DNA of 64,000 nucleotides, from contig JBEIFH010000001.1 in the NCBI GenBank assembly GCA_040382515.1, forward strand, positions 64,001 to 128,000, read 5' to 3'. Below, piece by piece: positions 57,525 through 64,000 of this stretch. The stretch's first letter is position 1. Every line of letters starts with the position of its first letter. Both the position numbers and the translations under genes were made by a program. This DNA is from Chlamydiia bacterium. GTDB taxonomy: Bacteria > Chlamydiota > Chlamydiia > Chlamydiales > RGXB01. Below the pieces are notes generated by a model, which was not told the origin of the DNA, made no database searches, and worked only from the letters and a program-made list of their open reading frames with translations.

Positions 57525-60500
57525 GTGCGGATACATAAAAGAACCTTCATCACAATTCTTTGGATTAGCTCTTATTCTTTAAGAGCTTCTTCCATGACGG
57601 ATGAAATCCAGCTCCCTAAAGAGAGTTTTCAGCCTGAAGTGGAACCTGCTGTATTCCTTTTTCCAAAATCACAAAAAATCGAAAACACTTATCTGTTGGA
57701 TCGAGCTTTCGACAGAATCGATTTGGGGACAAAAAACAGCCTCTCTCCCAAAGAAGTGCTAATAGATCCTAAGTCTCAAAAGGCACAAACTTTTTTTAAT
57801 AAAGATCTCAGTACCGGGGAATCGGATCCCGAAGCCCAGATAAAAAAATATTTGCCATCTTCAAGGTCTACTATCCTAATTTCTGAAAAAACCTTACCTA
57901 GTGAGACTTCAAAAAAGTTGCTGAACGAGGTCTATAATACTGAAAAATCGATCACGAGAGAAGAGACCTCCCCTGTGTCAATACCTGCAACGCTTCCTCA
58001 AATGAAAATAGATTTTTCTGAAACAATACCGTATCAGGAAAATTTTCCCCCTCTAGAGGAAAAAGAAGGATCCAGAAAGTTTTTGATCGCACACCCGACG
58101 TCCTCCCCTAATCCCCTTCTCAGATCATTTAGGCTATACATAGCGCAATTAAAAGAACATATTCAACTCGTCGATGAGGAATACCTGGTACCTGATCTGT
58201 TTTGGAACAGTTCTATTGCCTCCTTTGAGCCGAATTTTTCCAAAGATCCCTTTTTGCTTCATCTCAAAGAACCTAATCCTGAAATCAATGCCGCCTCCTT
58301 TATTCTAGAGAATGAGCCCTCAATTCCTAAAAGCAAACAGGGTTTCAGGATCGCTAAGAATTTCAAATCAAATTTTTGGGTCGGGCTTAATGAAAGGGAT
58401 ATAAAAAAGGTATCTCTACAACTAAAAGAGACCGATTACAGCTATCTGGAGGCGACTATCGCCTTTGAGGGTCCGATTTTTTTTATAGAAAAAGGGGAAC
58501 CCATCTGGTTTGGGGGTCTTGAGAGGGCACCCTTGACCGGGGATAAACCAGAGCTTAAAGTTTCTAATTTCATTTTGGAAAAGGATCCTTCAGATGATTT
58601 TGACCCCCTAAATTTGGAATCTCTAAAAAGCGAGCGGGAGACACAAAGTGCTCTAATTTTAAAAAAAGAGAGCCAAAATGGGATGAAAAATGAGGATCTT
58701 TCGATTACAACCTCGTCTTTTCAACCTAAAGAGTCTCTAGTCGCCGAGTCGGCTTTCGAAGCTTCAATCTTTGAGACAAAAACACTTTTGATTGATCCCC
58801 CCCCCACCCCTCCATCCATTTTTGAACCGACAAGTTTTGAAGAAGAAAAGATAGAATTGGCGATTCCAAATCAACTCCTCTCATCGCTTGCAAATCACTC
58901 CGTGAAAAAGATCGAGCCTTCTCCTAATGTGAGAGAGCCATTTGCTATGCAGGGTGATACAAACTATTTACAATCACCTCTCAACCGCATTTTTTGTTGG
59001 GCCCGTTATATTTTGGAACTTAATTTCGACTGTTTAAAATCCCCCATCCACTCTTTTTGTGAATATGCATCCGATTGGATCGATCCGGTTGAGGAAAAAG
59101 TATCTGCATTCCTTTCATTTTTATCTTCAAAACTTGACGTTGCTTCCTCTTTATATTTACCGATTTCGGTTGTAAATAACCCTGTATCGCTTGTTTCTAC
59201 AGAGCAAAAATTTGATAAGATACTCTCTTTAGAGCCGATGTTCCTTTCTTTAGGTATTGTGGAGATCGCAAAAACTTTCAAACTCGCCCTTTCGACAAAA
59301 GAGGCCCAATCGAGCCTTATATCAAGAGAGTTCCTGCAGCACGAGGTTGAGGAGGAGAAGAACATTCTTCCCTTAAATGAAAAACTTGAAAAGTCACCAT
59401 CAGATATGGGTGCAAGATTTTTAGTCTTTCACCATCCGATATTTTTACCTAAAGAGAGGCCCCTGAGCCAAGAAAATAAGCTTGGAACGTTCCCAAAAGA
59501 AACGGGTTTTACCGGTTTTTTAGGTGCTGCCGTTCAAAATACAGATCAAACTTCCCCCCTTTTTTCCCCTCTTGAGACTGTATCATCCTACTTCCCCTCA
59601 AAAGTTCCGGGAACCAAGAGTCACCTTGAAGAAATTTTCCCAAACAGCATTCTTTTATCTCACATAGATGTCCTCTATCCGGGCTTCATTAAAATTTCGG
59701 TACAAAAAGAGACGTTGCTGGAGTTATTTGATGCCAATACCGAGATGTTGCTCTCCGATAAGGATCGTTTTGATTTCTTACCGGGTCAAAAGTTTGCCTC
59801 CTCGATCACTTTAGAACATAAAAAAAAGGTTTCCTTTGAACCTCTGCAAAATGAAGTTTGTAACGAAATCGTGATTCATAAAATTCAAGTAGAGCTCCCG
59901 GTAACACCACAGCAAAAAATCCTTAAAGATTTTCATGGCAATAACCTAAAACTCTTTGATATCCCCTCGATCAACCGTTCCCTTAGCTCACTCACCGGGA
60001 CAAAAATGTTGAATCAACAGATGTGCAGGCTCTATTTTTCAATAGACTCTTTCAATAAAATTGCGATGCTAAGTGAAGACGTCTCCAAAGATTTCCAAAT
60101 CAAAGCATCTGGTGCCGCTCTCTCTGCTAAAGAGGGATATGGTATCGAGATAGACCTCGAGTTGCTAGGGACATCAAAACCCTCCTTCCTAGATCAGGAA
60201 ATTCTGTTTATATTGGATGGATCAAGAAACACCCCCGTGGCCCACTTCGAGATCTATAAAACGGCAATATTAAGAAGTCTCAAAAGTTTCAACCCCGATA
60301 CCCGCTTCAATATCTATTTTACAGGAAAAAATTTAACAAAATTATTTGACCAGCCCGTGGGTATAAGTCAGGATAAACAGATCCTAGCCAAACGCTTTTT
60401 AGACCAACTTCAATCCTTTCAAGGTGTCGAGCAGGGTCTTTTGTTAAAAACCTGTACCGATTTAATCCCCAAAGAGGATGATACTAAACTCACCTCGCTA

Positions 60501-61082
60501 GTCCTTTTATGCGACTCAGTCAAGCCGATAAAGCAACTCACCTATCTAAACGAGGCCAAAAAAATCGTTAGAAAGAATCAGGGCAATATACAGATTATCA
60601 CTGCTACATTGCAGCAAAAAGAAAACCAAGATCTGAAATTTATCTCACTACTTGGAAGCGGCGAAAGCCATATCTTCCCTTCTGAATCCTCTTTTGTTAG
60701 AAAATTCGCATCAATGATCCGCCAGATAAAATACCCTTATCTCACAAATCTTTCCATCACCCCCCTCACAGACGGAGTCGAAATCATTCCAAATAACCAG
60801 ATGATCCACCCTATTTTCATCAATAAGGGTTCAAGATTCTACGCTGTCAGCGAAACAAATGAACCCTTTAGCATCCTGATTCAGGGGATGTGCGACGGTA
60901 AAATTTTCCAGATCCGAAAAGAGATTCGAACAATCAGCAATGAGAGCATCAGGGCAAAAATGAAACAAGAAATTCTACAGAAGCGGGCGGCTATGGGCTT
61001 TGAAAGCTATATTAAAAAGCAAGACGCCTCAAAGCTCGAGGAGACAAATAAAAGGCTTGAGCTTTTCGATATCCGGCTTTAA
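57525..61082 (+). CDS. Large exported protein with low-complexity N-terminal region and C-terminal vWA-like domain
   Basis: Signal-peptide-like start at GTG 57525; S/E/P-rich body; ILFILDGSRNT...RFNIYF...LVLLCD vWA-like pattern. Confidence 0.65.
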   Translation: MRIHKRTFITILWISSYSLRASSMTDEIQLPKESFQPEVEPAVFLFPKSQKIENTYLLDRAFDRIDLGTKNSLSPKEVLIDPKSQKAQTFFNKDLSTGESDPEAQIKKYLPSSRSTILISEKTLPSETSKKLLNEVYNTEKSITREETSPVSIPATLPQMKIDFSETIPYQENFPPLEEKEGSRKFLIAHPTSSPNPLLRSFRLYIAQLKEHIQLVDEEYLVPDLFWNSSIASFEPNFSKDPFLLHLKEPNPEINAASFILENEPSIPKSKQGFRIAKNFKSNFWVGLNERDIKKVSLQLKETDYSYLEATIAFEGPIFFIEKGEPIWFGGLERAPLTGDKPELKVSNFILEKDPSDDFDPLNLESLKSERETQSALILKKESQNGMKNEDLSITTSSFQPKESLVAESAFEASIFETKTLLIDPPPTPPSIFEPTSFEEEKIELAIPNQLLSSLANHSVKKIEPSPNVREPFAMQGDTNYLQSPLNRIFCWARYILELNFDCLKSPIHSFCEYASDWIDPVEEKVSAFLSFLSSKLDVASSLYLPISVVNNPVSLVSTEQKFDKILSLEPMFLSLGIVEIAKTFKLALSTKEAQSSLISREFLQHEVEEEKNILPLNEKLEKSPSDMGARFLVFHHPIFLPKERPLSQENKLGTFPKETGFTGFLGAAVQNTDQTSPLFSPLETVSSYFPSKVPGTKSHLEEIFPNSILLSHIDVLYPGFIKISVQKETLLELFDANTEMLLSDKDRFDFLPGQKFASSITLEHKKKVSFEPLQNEVCNEIVIHKIQVELPVTPQQKILKDFHGNNLKLFDIPSINRSLSSLTGTKMLNQQMCRLYFSIDSFNKIAMLSEDVSKDFQIKASGAALSAKEGYGIEIDLELLGTSKPSFLDQEILFILDGSRNTPVAHFEIYKTAILRSLKSFNPDTRFNIYFTGKNLTKLFDQPVGISQDKQILAKRFLDQLQSFQGVEQGLLLKTCTDLIPKEDDTKLTSLVLLCDSVKPIKQLTYLNEAKKIVRKNQGNIQIITATLQQKENQDLKFISLLGSGESHIFPSESSFVRKFASMIRQIKYPYLTNLSITPLTDGVEIIPNNQMIHPIFINKGSRFYAVSETNEPFSILIQGMCDGKIFQIRKEIRTISNESIRAKMKQEILQKRAAMGFESYIKKQDASKLEETNKRLELFDIRL

Positions 61083-61206
61083 TTTTTATCCAACTGCTAC
61101 CGTGTACATAAACAAGAAATGTTAATAAAAATTTACAAAATAGTAGCCTAAGCGCTAATCTATATAGTCTTTTAAACCTTTCGGGCTTCATCTATAGGAG
61201 GCAACG

Positions 61207-61749
61207 ATGCACATTCTTGCCGGAGCAAAAAAGGGGATGCGCCTTAACGTCCCGGACGAAGGTACTAGACCCACCACTAATCTAGTAAAAAAATCGCTCT
61301 TCGATTCTATCCACTATTTACTTGAAGGTGCGACCATCCTGGATCTATTTGCCGGAAGCGGGGCTCTGGGCCTTGAGGCTCTCTCAAGAGGGGCAAAAGA
61401 GGCAACCTTTGTTGAAAAAAGCCCTAAAGCCTGTGCTTGTATCAAAAAAAACATCGATACACTCCATTTCACCTCGATAGCACACCTTTTTCCACTAGAT
61501 GTCGAAAAGGCTCTAGTCCAACTCGGCACGTTTGATCTTATTTTTATGGACCCTCCCTACGATCTTGATATCGGTTCTCTTACAGCAAAAGCTCTGACGC
61601 ATTTGAAAGAGGGGGGGCTTCTGATTGTCGAACAATCTAAAAGATCTAAATTTCTTGAAAATTTGACCTATGTGAAGAAAAAAGAGTTTGGCGATACCTT
61701 CCTCTACTTTTTTGATTCAAAACATCCAAAACCCCCATGTAATACCTGA
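61207..61749 (+). CDS. rsmD: 16S rRNA m2G966 methyltransferase
   Basis: RPTT, LDLFAGSGALGLEALSRGA, FMDPPY; GGAGG SD. Confidence 0.95.
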   Translation: MHILAGAKKGMRLNVPDEGTRPTTNLVKKSLFDSIHYLLEGATILDLFAGSGALGLEALSRGAKEATFVEKSPKACACIKKNIDTLHFTSIAHLFPLDVEKALVQLGTFDLIFMDPPYDLDIGSLTAKALTHLKEGGLLIVEQSKRSKFLENLTYVKKKEFGDTFLYFFDSKHPKPPCNT

Positions 61750-61777
61750 AACAAGGATTCCGAAAAGGTCTATTAGT

Positions 61778-63010
61778 TCAAGATTGGGCCTGCTGGTTTA
61801 CCGGGAGTTGACGTATTGGCAGGCAGACATATAGAGTTCCTGCAAGAGATAGCACCACCCCGGACGTAAGAGCTATTTTAGCCCCCAGGGTGTCAGATAT
61901 CCACCCCCCTAATAGAGGCATTAGTAGACCTCTTGCTCCCACCATAAATACATTTACCATGGTATACCGGCTGCTCTCCTGATCCTTTGAAAAATAAGGG
62001 CCTGAGAGATTCCATATCAGATGGCTTCCGGCTTGGGCTATCCCATAAACAAAATATGCGATAAATAGGAATGCAATCCCTAAATTCAACATCTGCAGTA
62101 AACCCAAAAAGAGGGCAACAAACGAGAAAACGATCCCGGATAAAAACTCATAGCGCGTTTTTTTCATCAATAACCCCCACAAAGGGGCGGCAAAGATCAT
62201 CCCCAACTCCTTTACAGCGCAAGTAGAGGTAAAAAGTGTCGTAAAACAAAATCCTGAACCGGTAAGCAGAGTAGGTATAGCGGGCATCGACAACATCAAC
62301 CCACCCCCACAGAAAAAGTATCCAATCTGAAACTGTAGAAACTCCCGATTTTTTTTTAAAAGGGAGATTCCAATTTTTAGAGGCTCCACAAAAGAAAAGC
62401 GATTTACTACAGTAGCCTGGGGTTCATTTAAAGGAAGGATCTTAAGTTTTGCCTGGAAATAAAGTCCAAAGAGCCCGATTGTCGCATAAGCTGGAAATAA
62501 ATAAATCCATCCCGATTCAAGATGTTCGATCATCCAACCGGTGAAAACCGCCAGGAGGATCCCTTCAATGTACGCTGCGGTTGTTGCGATTGAGAAACTT
62601 GCCTCACGAGCATTTTTATCTAAATTTCTCCTGATAATCTCCATCAGGGCGGGCGATTCTGCCCGATAGAAAAGGGTAAATACCGCCGAGGCAAAAATTA
62701 AAAATCCAATTTTTGGGAATAAAGGGACGAAAAGAAACGGGAAAAGCGAAAGGGCATGAGCGCACATTAAGTTCCATCTTAAAGATTTTTCATCCGCGTG
62801 GATCCATGTTCCCCAGTAAAAAGAAAAAAAACTCAAGACAGGGCGTAGAGTCATTAAGATAGAAATTTGCAAGGCAGATGCTTGCAGATAATTACAAAGA
62901 ATGAGCCCTAAAACCGAGTGGATCGATATAAAGGGCTCTAAGAGAAGGCTATGAAAGAGAAGGGTCTTTTTTGTTTGATTAGCGACCCTCTCGCTATAAG
63001 GCGTGCTCAG
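61778..63010 (-). CDS. MFS transporter (frame open to CTG 63010; first canonical start TTG 62872)
   Basis: About 12 TM helices when the upstream open frame, which adds a hydrophobic helix, is included. Confidence 0.75.
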   Translation of the reverse strand: MSTPYSERVANQTKKTLLFHSLLLEPFISIHSVLGLILCNYLQASALQISILMTLRPVLSFFSFYWGTWIHADEKSLRWNLMCAHALSLFPFLFVPLFPKIGFLIFASAVFTLFYRAESPALMEIIRRNLDKNAREASFSIATTAAYIEGILLAVFTGWMIEHLESGWIYLFPAYATIGLFGLYFQAKLKILPLNEPQATVVNRFSFVEPLKIGISLLKKNREFLQFQIGYFFCGGGLMLSMPAIPTLLTGSGFCFTTLFTSTCAVKELGMIFAAPLWGLLMKKTRYEFLSGIVFSFVALFLGLLQMLNLGIAFLFIAYFVYGIAQAGSHLIWNLSGPYFSKDQESSRYTMVNVFMVGARGLLMPLLGGWISDTLGAKIALTSGVVLSLAGTLYVCLPIRQLPVNQQAQS

Positions 63011-64000
63011 TCACTTTCCCCTTTTCATCTACGGTTTTTTTATAGACAAGGACGTCATTTTCAAAACGTTGCTCTAAACGCAGCTTCCCTTCAGCATTAA
63101 ATTTGTTGAAAAAGCCCGATTTTTTTCCGGTCTCATACTCCCCTTCGAAAATCTTCACCCCGTCCTCAGAATAGCTGACACTCACACCCTCTAAAAGGCC
63201 GTTTTTATAGAAACAGCGGTTGTATAAGGACCCTGTCGGATAAAACTCCTCGTGCATCCCCTCAAGTACGTCATCCTTAAAGTAGGATTTCTTAGCCACA
63301 ATCCCGCTAGGGAAATACTGGATCAATCTCCCGTGTTTGAGATCATTGACATACTCTACAGTCATCAAGACCTTGCCGGTTTCCCCATAGAGGGCGCTGA
63401 GCCCCTCTTTTTTTCCGGCTTTATAGGTTGCCATTGCGACAAGATCCCCGAAAACATTGTACTCGCGCAGCTCCCCATCGATTTTTGAATTTTTGAAATC
63501 CCCCTCAATAGCCCGCATTTTTACCCCGTCCCCGGAATCTTTATGGTAAACTACGTAAGGCCCCTCCTTTTTGTTCTCGACGTAGTTGAGAACGGTCTCG
63601 CGACCTTCAGCATCCACCGTACTATAGGGTCCATGCAGCTTTCCATTTTCGTACCAGGCCTCTTCGATCTTTAAACCCTCGAGATTGAATATCGCCTTGA
63701 GCCCTTGCAGTACACCTGCATCATAATTGATGACACTTGCCATCAATCCGTTCGGATGGTACGTTCTTTGCTCCCCATGGTGAACACCCTCGGAATCGAA
63801 ACGGATCAATTTCGCTAAAACTGGCTCCCCGTTGAGTTGTGTCCTCTCAAAAAATTCTTTATGTTCACCAATAGGTTTTCCATCCAAAAACTCCCGGATA
63901 AAACGGGGCGTACCATCGGGATAGAACCCTTTGAAGGTCCCCTCATTTTTTCCATCCTTGTAAAACCCAGAAACCGATAGGGCCCCACTAGGATAATATT
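62994..64000 (-). CDS. MORN-variant / YwqK-like repeat protein, 5' end outside the window
   Basis: Repeated Y..G.(L/K).G....(Y/F).P.G units; frame remains open from 63887 to the window edge. Confidence 0.85.
   Translation of the reverse strand, partial: YYPSGALSVSGFYKDGKNEGTFKGFYPDGTPRFIREFLDGKPIGEHKEFFERTQLNGEPVLAKLIRFDSEGVHHGEQRTYHPNGLMASVINYDAGVLQGLKAIFNLEGLKIEEAWYENGKLHGPYSTVDAEGRETVLNYVENKKEGPYVVYHKDSGDGVKMRAIEGDFKNSKIDGELREYNVFGDLVAMATYKAGKKEGLSALYGETGKVLMTVEYVNDLKHGRLIQYFPSGIVAKKSYFKDDVLEGMHEEFYPTGSLYNRCFYKNGLLEGVSVSYSEDGVKIFEGEYETGKKSGFFNKFNAEGKLRLEQRFENDVLVYKKTVDEKGKVTEHAL

Noticed and set aside
62994..64000. Toxin-antitoxin system suggested by YwqK-like repeats
   Set aside because: MORN-variant repeats are generic and no toxin gene is visible.

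Overview
Core-chromosome segment of a bacterium that is most likely an environmental member of Chlamydiota. This is inferred from gene content and order: gpsA next to a eukaryote-type UDP-sugar pyrophosphorylase, lpdA-lipA, glgC-metallophosphoesterase, mutL-pepP near pseudopilin genes, dnaB-mnmG-lplA, sdhCAB-tatD-tolQRAB-pal-LysM, and a GGS-type psd beside secA. It holds about 57 CDSs and one tRNA-Ser(GCT). No rRNA, transposase, integrase, phage, cas gene or true CRISPR array was seen. Features missing from the ORF track include a ~180-nt minus-strand RNA that folds like 6S RNA, a 29-aa bS22/COX24-type ribosomal protein, a 73-74 bp tandem array next to hisS, a duplicated psd 3' end, interlocked divergent promoters (psd/secA) and repeated -10-box/ATG spacings that suggest leaderless mRNAs. 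Unusual proteins include a PP2C-fold protein lacking its metal-binding Asp residues, a glutamate racemase with Ser replacing its second catalytic Cys, a TPR gene split by one in-frame stop, an MFS gene that appears to start at CTG, a receptor adenylate cyclase and a non-canonical HisRS. I could not identify a complete novel multi-gene system with confidence. All calls come from reading motifs by eye, without database searches.
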